A DNA stretch of 18,918 bases from the NCBI GenBank assembly GCA_964457525.1, contig CAYWGS010000022.1:1-18918 (forward strand), written 5' to 3'. The translations under genes were made by a program, and so were the position numbers. This document shows, in pieces, positions 1 to 7,562 of the stretch (position 1 is its first letter; every line of letters starts with the position of its first letter). The notes under the pieces were generated by a model. It saw only the letters and a program-made list of their open reading frames with translations, ran no database searches and had not been told where the DNA came from. The DNA comes from an uncultured Erysipelotrichaceae bacterium (GTDB lineage Bacteria; Bacillota_I; Bacilli_A; Erysipelotrichales; Erysipelotrichaceae).

Positions 1-201
1 GTATTATCCAGTATCTCAAAGGAACAACTTGATTCATATAAAAGTAATGGATATTTAGATATGTTTCCTGACTACGCAGATAATATCATGTTTGACACAA
101 CAATAGAAATTTATGAAGAAGATTTAAAAGATATATACTTTAGGTTAAATAACTATTGGACAACAAAAAGTTTAAATTACATTCAACCATTTACGAACTA
201 G
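1..201 (+). CDS. 3' fragment of an unidentified protein; ORF is open to the left window edge
   Basis: Frame 1 has no stop from base 1 to TAG at 199-201 (...DLKDIYFRLNNYWTTKSLNYIQPFTN*). It is convergent with cutC and followed by a hairpin. No family recognised. Confidence 0.35.
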   Translation, partial: VLSSISKEQLDSYKSNGYLDMFPDYADNIMFDTTIEIYEEDLKDIYFRLNNYWTTKSLNYIQPFTN

Positions 202-204
202 ATA

Positions 205-225
205 AAAAGGCGTTAATCGCCTTTT
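205..225. terminator. Hairpin between convergent genes; possible bidirectional intrinsic terminator
   Basis: AAAAGGCG-TTAAT-CGCCTTTT forms an 8-bp stem with a 5-nt loop. The A/T tracts are part of the stem, and the cutC stop codon (213-215) lies in the loop. The U-tract outside the stem is weak. Confidence 0.4.
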
Positions 226-956
226 ACTGTTTGTACGAGTTGTTTAACTAAATCTATGTCAACACAATCATAGTGAGACTTATAATCTCCATACGCATAG
301 GATACATAATCGTTATGTGTGGAAGGATCCACAACCCATGTTTTACAGGATGAATGAATTTGAAGTATGCCTGTCTCATTGATAAGTTGATTTGCATTGG
401 TTGAATTAACTTTACCGCCCATTAAGAATTCAATTTGATTTCCATACTTGGTTTGAAGATCCTTTAAGTTACTTATTCCTTCAAGTGCTGTTGATCTAAA
501 TCCACTGGTAAGAATACGATCACAACCTAACTGAATGAGTGTTTCGATACTTTCAATCGGGTTATCCACACAATCGATTGCACGATGGAATACGAATTCT
601 TTATTGTATCGATGTGTGATATCAATAAGTTTCTTGTTTGTCTCAACATCAATTGTACGATCGGCGTTGAGTGCTCCGAATGCGATACCGTCTGCACCAT
701 TTTTTAGTAAGAGTTCCGCATCCATACACATGACTTCAATATCTTCTTGACTATAGGTAAAACCAGCACCACGTGTTCTTACCATACAGATGAGTGGAAT
801 ACTTACATGTTCTTTAAGATAGATTAAACTTGCGAGAGATGGCGTTAATCCACCTAAATAAAGAGCACTGTTAAACTCAACACGATCCGCCCCACCTTTT
901 TCTGCATTTATAACATCTTCTACACTTCCGCAACAAACCTCGATGATTTTTTTCAT
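213..956 (-). CDS. cutC: CutC-family protein (copper homeostasis protein CutC, PF03932-like)
   Basis: 247 aa, colinear with E. coli CutC as I recall it: N-terminal IEVCC...GADRVE...GGLTPS, central FHRA(I/F)D, and RILTSG...HSS. A GAGGA RBS precedes the ATG at 956. Confidence 0.85.
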   Translation of the reverse strand: MKKIIEVCCGSVEDVINAEKGGADRVEFNSALYLGGLTPSLASLIYLKEHVSIPLICMVRTRGAGFTYSQEDIEVMCMDAELLLKNGADGIAFGALNADRTIDVETNKKLIDITHRYNKEFVFHRAIDCVDNPIESIETLIQLGCDRILTSGFRSTALEGISNLKDLQTKYGNQIEFLMGGKVNSTNANQLINETGILQIHSSCKTWVVDPSTHNDYVSYAYGDYKSHYDCVDIDLVKQLVQTVKGD

Positions 957-1043
957 TGTTTAGTCCTCACTCTTAGTATAAATGATATTTGTAATTATTC
1001 TATTATTTGAAATCGACTTGTTAATTTAGATAAAAGAATGGTT

Positions 1044-1070
1044 GAAAAGAAAAAATCCCTTGCGGGATTT
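1044..1070 (-). terminator. Rho-independent terminator of the GH13 gene
   Basis: On the minus strand, AAATCCC-GCAA-GGGATTT (7-8 bp stem, 4-nt loop) is followed by TTCTTTT. The stem begins at the stop codon (1070-1072). Confidence 0.7.
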
Positions 1071-3154
1071 TATGCTTTAATCTCAAATACTTTAACTTCA
1101 CCCTTCTTAAACCAAATACGTACGTTAGAGGTTGAGTCAACCAATACATCCGTTTCACTCACAGCATTCTCAGATGAGAAGATTTGTTTAAGAACAGTTC
1201 CTTCACGATTGAAATCATCTGGAATATTGTCTAACTTCACCCAGTGTTCTTTATCGTTATAAACATCGGTATTTGTTATAACAAGCGTAATCTTATTACG
1301 TCCACGATAAGCAAAGCCTGCAGCAGTATCCCATGGAGCACTGAATCCTAATGGATATACTTTATCAGGATTTAACATACTATCGAGTAAGGAAGAACGA
1401 ATCTTACTTGCTTTTTCAATAACTTCAATCATTTCCCAACGTCTAGGGTGTAGATAGTGTAAGTTATATCGATCAAATAGAGCAAGTTTACCATAGTATG
1501 GATCATCTTTAGGCAATGCTTCAGCTTCATTTGGTTTACAATCCAATCCAGTATTCATCGGTTGAAGTTCGAAGAACTCTTGACCAGAATTTAAGAATGG
1601 AATTGCGTTTGGAATAAAGTGATTGAACACCGTTAACATCTTCGCTAAGACTTCTTTACCTGGACGAGCTGCTAGACGAGGTGTATCATGTGTTTCTCCA
1701 CATGCGAAGAGTGGTGAAGGAAGATTCATAGCACTATAAGCAAATGCATTAAACATACCTTCCGCAACTCTTGGTTCCTTGATAAAGCCATCCCCAATAA
1801 TCATGTTATAGCCTTTATCAATGGAAGCTTGTGCATTTTCAATATCGAGTTCTTCTGCGATAAAACAGAAATTAGGATCAATTGCTTTAGCCTTGGAAAT
1901 AATCATATTAATAAGTTCAACTGGTAATGCATGACCCATATCAATACGAGCCCCATCAATCCCAAACTCTGTTTGGTAGAAAGGAATAATACCACTTAAC
2001 ATATCCCATAGAGGCATATTTGGTTTAGCCCCAGGATTTAAACTACATTTTGCCACATCAAATAAGATATAAGGTTCAAACTCACCTAATTCTTTTAAGA
2101 ATGGTTGAGAATTAATTGGATGATCTAAATACATTCTGAAGAATGTTACATCACTCCAAGCAGGTTGAGGATCATTAATGTGATCCGAGAATGCTGGCGC
2201 AACTGTCATTCCGAAATGTTCTTGGACCAAATCTAAGATCTCTTTCTTGTTGGATTTTGATTTATACTCTTTTACAAGAACTTTCCATTTATCTTTATCA
2301 ATTTCTTTAGGGTTCTTTCTGAATTTATGAAGATGTTCCTCGACACTTGGAGAAGAGAATAATTCTTTGAAGTATTCTTTCTTAGCAGGAAGAGTTGTCT
2401 TCAATCCTTCAACCATTGGTGGACGATAATCAACTAAATCTTTATGATCGATCCAATAGAACCAATCAGGATGATCAATAATTAAATCAGAGTTAACAGA
2501 GTTTGTTCTTGGGATAATGTCGATAATAACTTTCATATCCAAAGCGTGTGCAGCTTCTACAAACGCCTTAAACTCATCATTTACGGTTGTAAAATCACCT
2601 GTCATTGGATCTTTTAATCCCTCATCTAACGCATAGAAGTTAGAAACACCGTAAGGGGATCCCAATTCTCCTTTTTTATCTTTTAGAGAATATTTCGCAA
2701 TTGGCAACATGTATAAAACATCGATGCCCATACGTTTAAGCAATGGAAGATAAGCTAATGTTTTAATAAATGTTCCAGTATCTTTTAGTTGATATAAATT
2801 AGAATCTTCAAGACGTCCAGTACGATCATGATCAAAACTACTTGTCGTACGAATCATCATAGAATAAACACTACTCTTCTTAATCCAGTCACCATTACCT
2901 AAGTTCTTCTCAACGGTATGATCTAAGTAATAACTCTTTAGATCTTTAGGGTCTTGTTTCAAGAAAACTTCTTCAATTAGACTTTGATAAAAACGATATG
3001 GATTCACTAAGACATGCCCATCATGAACTTTTATCTTTTGCCCTTTGTAATCAAACGATAACCAAGTATCCGGTATCGCATAATTAAATAGTTCATGAGA
3101 GTTCTTTGCTTGTTTATCCAAAGCTTCGATCACTTTTTTTAGGTTTGTACTCAT
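1070..3154 (-). CDS. GH13 alpha-amylase-family enzyme, maltodextrin glycosyltransferase / maltosyltransferase-like (Thermotoga MTase subfamily)
   Basis: 694 aa with GH13 conserved regions: I VIIDIIPRT, II GIDGARIDMGHALP, III FCFIAEELD, IV ACGETHDTPR. A long insert lies between regions I and II, with HPDWFYWI and INDPQPAWSDVTFFRMYLDHP blocks that I recall from T. maritima maltosyltransferase. A GGAGG RBS lies 6 nt upstream of the ATG at 3154. Confidence 0.8.
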   Translation of the reverse strand: MSTNLKKVIEALDKQAKNSHELFNYAIPDTWLSFDYKGQKIKVHDGHVLVNPYRFYQSLIEEVFLKQDPKDLKSYYLDHTVEKNLGNGDWIKKSSVYSMMIRTTSSFDHDRTGRLEDSNLYQLKDTGTFIKTLAYLPLLKRMGIDVLYMLPIAKYSLKDKKGELGSPYGVSNFYALDEGLKDPMTGDFTTVNDEFKAFVEAAHALDMKVIIDIIPRTNSVNSDLIIDHPDWFYWIDHKDLVDYRPPMVEGLKTTLPAKKEYFKELFSSPSVEEHLHKFRKNPKEIDKDKWKVLVKEYKSKSNKKEILDLVQEHFGMTVAPAFSDHINDPQPAWSDVTFFRMYLDHPINSQPFLKELGEFEPYILFDVAKCSLNPGAKPNMPLWDMLSGIIPFYQTEFGIDGARIDMGHALPVELINMIISKAKAIDPNFCFIAEELDIENAQASIDKGYNMIIGDGFIKEPRVAEGMFNAFAYSAMNLPSPLFACGETHDTPRLAARPGKEVLAKMLTVFNHFIPNAIPFLNSGQEFFELQPMNTGLDCKPNEAEALPKDDPYYGKLALFDRYNLHYLHPRRWEMIEVIEKASKIRSSLLDSMLNPDKVYPLGFSAPWDTAAGFAYRGRNKITLVITNTDVYNDKEHWVKLDNIPDDFNREGTVLKQIFSSENAVSETDVLVDSTSNVRIWFKKGEVKVFEIKA

Positions 3155-3191
3155 ATGATTCCTCCAGTTTCATTCTAGCATAAATAATAAA

Positions 3192-3205
3192 TGTAATGGC
3201 TTACA
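3192..3205. promoter_or_regulatory. cre-like / LacI-family operator palindrome upstream of the GH13 gene
   Basis: TGTAATGGCTTACA lies inside the perfect inverted repeat ATGTAA-N4-TTACAT (3191-3206). It has one mismatch, at the central CG, to the cre consensus TGWAANCGNTNWCA on either strand. Confidence 0.4.
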
Positions 3206-3222
3206 TTGGCGTATGTGTAGGA

Positions 3223-3236
3223 TGTAATCGATTTCA
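3223..3236. promoter_or_regulatory. Candidate catabolite-responsive element (cre, CcpA site)
   Basis: TGTAATCGATTTCA matches TGWAANCGNTNWCA at all 14 positions. It overlaps the GNAT stop codon (3234-3236). Its centre is 31 bp from the centre of the 3192-3205 box. Confidence 0.5.
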
Positions 3237-3740
3237 TTTTAAAGTCTTTTCAAATGCTAATCGTTTATTGCCATCTCTTAGTAAAATGGTTCCACAATGT
3301 GTAAACCCAGTTGAACTTAACATCTTTCGCATGATTTGATTGTCTTCATGAGTATCAATCTTAATACTATAAACATTATTATTAATTACCATCTTTTCAA
3401 TCAGTTCAATAATCGATTTAGAATAACCTTTCCCTTTAATCGATGAATCAAACGCAATTCGATGAATAACTGCATAAGCATCATGTGTTAACCATTCACC
3501 ATCATAAATTATGTTATAGGTATCTTCGATTCTAAAGGACAACACAAAGGCCCCAACAATCTTATCATCCATCTCAATAACATAACTCTCATTCAATTTA
3601 ATATCATTTTCTATGGTAGGAATATTCGGATAATGGTTTTGCCACTGATCAATTCCAGCTATTTTAAATGCAGTTTGAGCTTGTTCAATGATCGACATAA
3701 TGGATGGAATATCATTATAGCTTGAATGTCTTATCTTCAT
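3234..3740 (-). CDS. GNAT-family N-acetyltransferase
   Basis: 168 aa. The pattern typical of the GNAT acetyl-CoA-binding core is present (IHRIAFDSSIKGKGYSKSII..., C-terminal ...GFTHCG). A GAGGT RBS precedes the ATG at 3740. Confidence 0.8.
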   Translation of the reverse strand: MKIRHSSYNDIPSIMSIIEQAQTAFKIAGIDQWQNHYPNIPTIENDIKLNESYVIEMDDKIVGAFVLSFRIEDTYNIIYDGEWLTHDAYAVIHRIAFDSSIKGKGYSKSIIELIEKMVINNNVYSIKIDTHEDNQIMRKMLSSTGFTHCGTILLRDGNKRLAFEKTLK

Positions 3741-3770
3741 AAGGACCTCACAGTTTTGAATTATTATACC

Positions 3771-3796
3771 AAGAAAAAAAGACTATGAAGTCTTTT
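3771..3796 (-). terminator. Rho-independent terminator of the GGDEF/EAL gene
   Basis: On the minus strand, AAAAGACT-TCAT-AGTCTTTT (8-bp stem, 4-nt loop) is followed by TTTCTT. The 5' half of the stem lies in the last codons and stop of the gene. Confidence 0.6.
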
Positions 3797-6059
3797 CTTT
3801 TAACAATAATTTAAGTTCATTTACATTAAGTGGTTTACTAAAGTAATAACCTTGTACATATTCACAATCAAAACGTTTGAGTTCATTGAATTGTTCCTCT
3901 GTTTCGACACCTTCTGCAGTGATACTTAATCCGAGTCGATGTCCAAGATTAATAATGGATTCCACTAAGCAACAGTTTCCACTATCTTTATTTAATGTAT
4001 CAATAAATGACTTATCGATTTTGAGTACATCGATTGGTAAATCTTTTAGGTAACTCAAGGAAGAATATCCTGTCCCAAAATCATCGATTGAGATCTTGAT
4101 GCCTAATTGATGTATCTGATTTAGTCTCTCGATTGCGAGGCCAAAATCATTTAGAAAGGCAGATTCAGTAATCTCTAATTCAATATACTCAGGATTTGTT
4201 CCTGTTTTATCAAGAATGTTTTGTATTGAATAAACAAATCCATCTTGAATAACATGGATTGATGAGATGTTAATAGAGATCGAATAATTTGAATTTAATT
4301 GATGATTAAGCGAACGGATAAAGTTAAATGCTTCTTCAAGAATCCATAAACTCAAAGGTATAATAAGTCGACTTTCTTCTGCGGAAGTGATAAAGGTGTC
4401 AGGATAAACGATTCCCTTTGTAGGATGATTCCATCGTACAAGTGCTTCAAATCCTTTTATCTGGTTCGTTTTTGAATGAATGATCGGTTGGTAATGTAAG
4501 ATAAATTCCCGATTTTCTAAAGCTAAACGTAATGATTTCTGCATTTCTGTTTTTTGAATAAAGTTTTGTGCTAAGGATTCTTCAAACATAGTAATTTCAT
4601 TCTTAGATCTCTTAGAATGCATCATCGCAATATCAAGATTACGCATAAGTTCATCAAAGTGTGTTCCATGTTCAGGATATAAAACAACACCAAGTCCACC
4701 ATTTAATCGAATTTCGTTTTCATTTACGAAAATAGGTTGTTTCAATGCATTGATGACTTCTTGAGATTTTAGTTTGAAAAGCTCACGATTCGTTGGACGA
4801 CCTAAGAAGATGAATTCTCCTCCATGTACATTGTAGAGTTTACCCTCGCTTGGTACGATCTTCTTAAAACGCTCAGATAGTTCTTTTAATACGATGTCTC
4901 CAACAGAATGTCCAAAGACATCATTAATCTCATAGAATTGATCAATATCGACGGCCATCAAAACAGCCTTCAAATCTGGTTCTTTGAACAATTCGGAAAT
5001 ATCATGTCGTAATTGATTTCGATTTGGTAGTCCAGTCACAAAATTCAAATAGGCTAAGTTACGTATTTCAATATATTTTTCTTGTAATTCATTGTTTACT
5101 TCTTCAAGTTGGTAGAGTTTCAAATTCAATTTCGATTTTAATCGTTTAATTATCTCCGATAGGACAATGAGTACACCAATTACAATAATCACACCACTCA
5201 AACCAATCGCCCATATTCTACGATTCTCTTCTTCGTAATAAGTATTACTGTGTTCATAGAAATAATTCTGATAGACCTGTTCAAAGAATCCATTTTTCTG
5301 GAGTTCATCAATTCGTTTATTCATGAACTCAACTAAGTCGGGTCGATTCTTACTAACCGCGTATGCGTGTTCACGAGGATATAGATTAGAGACATTATCA
5401 ATAATTACACCACTTAAGTTATTTTTGATTAATATATTGCGGATTAGATAAGAATTCTCGAAAATAACATCAATCTTACGATCCTGTAGGTCTTTAATCG
5501 CATTTGATAAGTTATCGTAGGCAATATAATCAATTTTCAGTTCATCTCTTAGAATATTTTCTGTGTAATAACCTTTACCTACACCCACTTTTAGATGTGT
5601 TAGGTCATTGACTGTTATCGAACCAAAGTCATGATGGGTAAATAGTGAAACATAGGAGTTAAAAAGGGTATTGGTAAAAAGAACATCCTTCTTACGCTCT
5701 TCAGTTACTCCGATCACGCCCGCAAGATCAATCTCTTGATTAGAAATGCGTCGATAAACATTCTCCCAGGTATCCGTGGAGTATTCTAATTTGAATTGGT
5801 ATGAAGGAAAGATAATGTTAGTAAGTGTGAAGTCAAATCCTACTAAATCGCCATCATTAGAAAATGAGAAAGGTGGATAGTTCCCATCTACTTGGTAGAG
5901 TATAACTTCAGGTTCTTGGTAATGTGAACTTGAATTAGTGGTATCTTCGAATGGTTTATAACTGATGAAGAATAATAATAGGATTAAACCAAAAAAAAGC
6001 ACAAGTAAAAACTGTGCTTGATTAAATAACGAAATAAAGTGTTTTAAACCTTTTCTCAT
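3783..6059 (-). CDS. Membrane c-di-GMP signalling protein: TM, periplasmic SBP_bac_3-like sensor, TM, coiled-coil, degenerate GGDEF, EAL phosphodiesterase
   Basis: 758 aa. TM segments lie at about aa 17-34 and 282-303, flanking a PBPb-like domain (YPPFSF..., DLAGVIGVTEERKKDVLF). The GGDEF domain has DIDQFYEINDVFGH, but the signature reads HGGEF (nt 4812-4826). The EAL domain has a full motif set: EALVRW (nt 4440-4448), ISINIS, ELEITES, DDFGTGYSSLSYL, KIDKSFI, EGVETEEQ, QGYYFSKP. An AAGGAG RBS is present. Confidence 0.85.
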   Translation of the reverse strand: MRKGLKHFISLFNQAQFLLVLFFGLILLLFFISYKPFEDTTNSSSHYQEPEVILYQVDGNYPPFSFSNDGDLVGFDFTLTNIIFPSYQFKLEYSTDTWENVYRRISNQEIDLAGVIGVTEERKKDVLFTNTLFNSYVSLFTHHDFGSITVNDLTHLKVGVGKGYYTENILRDELKIDYIAYDNLSNAIKDLQDRKIDVIFENSYLIRNILIKNNLSGVIIDNVSNLYPREHAYAVSKNRPDLVEFMNKRIDELQKNGFFEQVYQNYFYEHSNTYYEEENRRIWAIGLSGVIIVIGVLIVLSEIIKRLKSKLNLKLYQLEEVNNELQEKYIEIRNLAYLNFVTGLPNRNQLRHDISELFKEPDLKAVLMAVDIDQFYEINDVFGHSVGDIVLKELSERFKKIVPSEGKLYNVHGGEFIFLGRPTNRELFKLKSQEVINALKQPIFVNENEIRLNGGLGVVLYPEHGTHFDELMRNLDIAMMHSKRSKNEITMFEESLAQNFIQKTEMQKSLRLALENREFILHYQPIIHSKTNQIKGFEALVRWNHPTKGIVYPDTFITSAEESRLIIPLSLWILEEAFNFIRSLNHQLNSNYSISINISSIHVIQDGFVYSIQNILDKTGTNPEYIELEITESAFLNDFGLAIERLNQIHQLGIKISIDDFGTGYSSLSYLKDLPIDVLKIDKSFIDTLNKDSGNCCLVESIINLGHRLGLSITAEGVETEEQFNELKRFDCEYVQGYYFSKPLNVNELKLLLKEKTS

Positions 6060-6118
6060 AAGACTCCTTAAATGATTGGGTGGATGGAGTTTAGTATTAG
6101 GTTTGGGTTCTTAGTTGA

Positions 6119-6147
6119 ATTATAAAACAGAAATCATTTGAATACAA
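6119..6147 (-). promoter_or_regulatory. Putative sigma-A promoter of the GGDEF/EAL gene
   Basis: On the minus strand, TTGTAT (6147-6142), a 17-nt spacer, then TATAAT (6124-6119). This lies about 60 nt upstream of the ATG at 6059. Confidence 0.5.
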
Positions 6148-6157
6148 TGAATACAAT
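6140..6157. repeat. Perfect tandem 9-bp direct repeat (GAATACAAT x2) in the divergent promoter region
   Basis: GAATACAAT occurs at 6140-6148 and again at 6149-6157. The first copy contains the proposed -35 (TTGTAT on the minus strand); the second supplies a duplicate -35-like hexamer. Confidence 0.9.
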
Positions 6158-6221
6158 TATGCCATAAAATAACGAACGATATGAATTGAGTTTAAGGGGG
6201 GGATTTGATACACTTATATGG

Positions 6222-7562
6222 ATGAAAAAACCAGTGATTCTTATTAGCTTTATTGTATTCTTACTCGTATCCTTTTTATATGTTTTTGCGAGTAATGATG
6301 GATTTCGTGTCTGCGATTTAGAAGTGGATAAAGTGTGTTATGATGAGAAACTTAATCAGTACCAAATTGAAGAAAATGCAAATATTTTATTCGCTGTCAC
6401 AAGCGTTGAATATGGTGAAGCAGTCCTACAATTATGGAATGAGATACACCCAAATCAAGCAAATATTCAATATGTATTAGTAGAAGAAGCTTTAAGTCCT
6501 GATTTAATTTATCAATCTTCCAATGAAATGGCTTTGATTTATGAAAAACTATTTCCTTTGGATGAGAATCTAGAAATTAGTCGACCTGATTTAGCGCATG
6601 AATTAAATATTAATGGGAATCGATTTAATCCAATCGTTGGGGAAGGTTTTGCCTTTATAACACATAAAACAGAGTTAGAAAGACTTATTGGACCATGGCA
6701 AGATACGAACCTAAATAACATACATGATACATTAGAAAGTTTTGAATCGATTATGACTGCACAAGGATCATGGGAAACGGATTCAATTAAACTTGTTCTT
6801 AGTTTAAGTGAACCGTATAGTTTATATCCTTATTTAACCGCAGATGCTTGGTCCATGTTTGATAATGATCAAAGTTATTATCCAGGGTTTGAAAAGGAAA
6901 GCTTTTTATCGTCATTAGAGTTTATCCAAAAACTATCTGAGGTTAATTGGAACCAATCAGAGAATAATATTGCGGAGTCATATACCTGGGATTATCCAAG
7001 TGTACTCTACAACGATAACTTCATTTTTAGTCAGGTTTCTACCTGGATGTTTTATGAAGAAATGGATATGCGACATGAAAGTGAATGGGTCATATCCGCA
7101 TTCCCTAAAGCATATGAATCCAGTGATACTTCTTTAAGTCCATTATTAACCAATGTATTCGGTTATTCGATTGATGCGAATACACTTTATCCAAGTGCAG
7201 CGCATGAATTGATGCGTATTATGTATTCAGTGGATGGATTACAGAAGAAAATAGATACAGATAAGGATGTACTGTTAGTCAATAAAGATATTTTAGATCA
7301 ATTAAATTTCAACAGTGAACATAAGAAACAATTTACCTATGCTTTCTTAACTTCTCAAAGTGAGCCTTTAATTGCGGTGGAAGATTATCCGAGTGAAAGA
7401 GCGATTCGTTTGTATTATGAAATTGACTTAGAACAAACGATTCGTAAGTTATGGAATAAAGAAATAAATGTTCAAGAAGCTCAGATTGAGATTGCATTGA
7501 AGTCTGATGATTGGATTATGCAACATACAAAGATGTTTGAGGGGAGATTGAAAAATGAGTAG
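6222..7562 (+). CDS. Exported or membrane-anchored protein with MalE-type (family 1) solute-binding-protein-like sequence; function unknown
   Basis: The ORF track starts at TTG 6186; I prefer ATG 6222 ([23 protein letters not shown], a signal/anchor). By eye it is colinear with MalE as recalled: [26 protein letters not shown] vs [44 protein letters not shown] vs [34 protein letters not shown] vs AMTINGPWAWSNID. No lipobox. Confidence refers to the functional call; the CDS itself is solid. Confidence 0.55.
   Translation: [446 protein letters not shown]

Noticed and set aside
3172-3180. An extended -10 element TGCTAGAAT (minus strand) directly upstream of the GH13 gene.
   Set aside because: Only 6 nt separate it from the GGAGG Shine-Dalgarno sequence. 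The predicted TSS would fall on or inside the RBS, and no acceptable -35 exists at 16-18 nt. The gene may instead be read through from the GNAT promoter or use an unrecognised promoter.
3234-3740. The GNAT gene as a GNAT-type toxin of a toxin-antitoxin pair.
   Set aside because: No small adjacent antitoxin-like (RHH/Xre) ORF exists on either side. The gene sits between a c-di-GMP gene terminator and the GH13 control region, so it is more consistent with a housekeeping acetyltransferase.
6186-6221. TTG at 6186 as the start of the SBP-like gene, as in the ORF track.
   Set aside because: No SD precedes it, and the 12 extra residues (MSLRGGFDTLIW) sit in front of a textbook MKK-plus-hydrophobic signal/anchor starting at ATG 6222. 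This remains unresolved because the purine-rich tract is 20 nt from ATG 6222.
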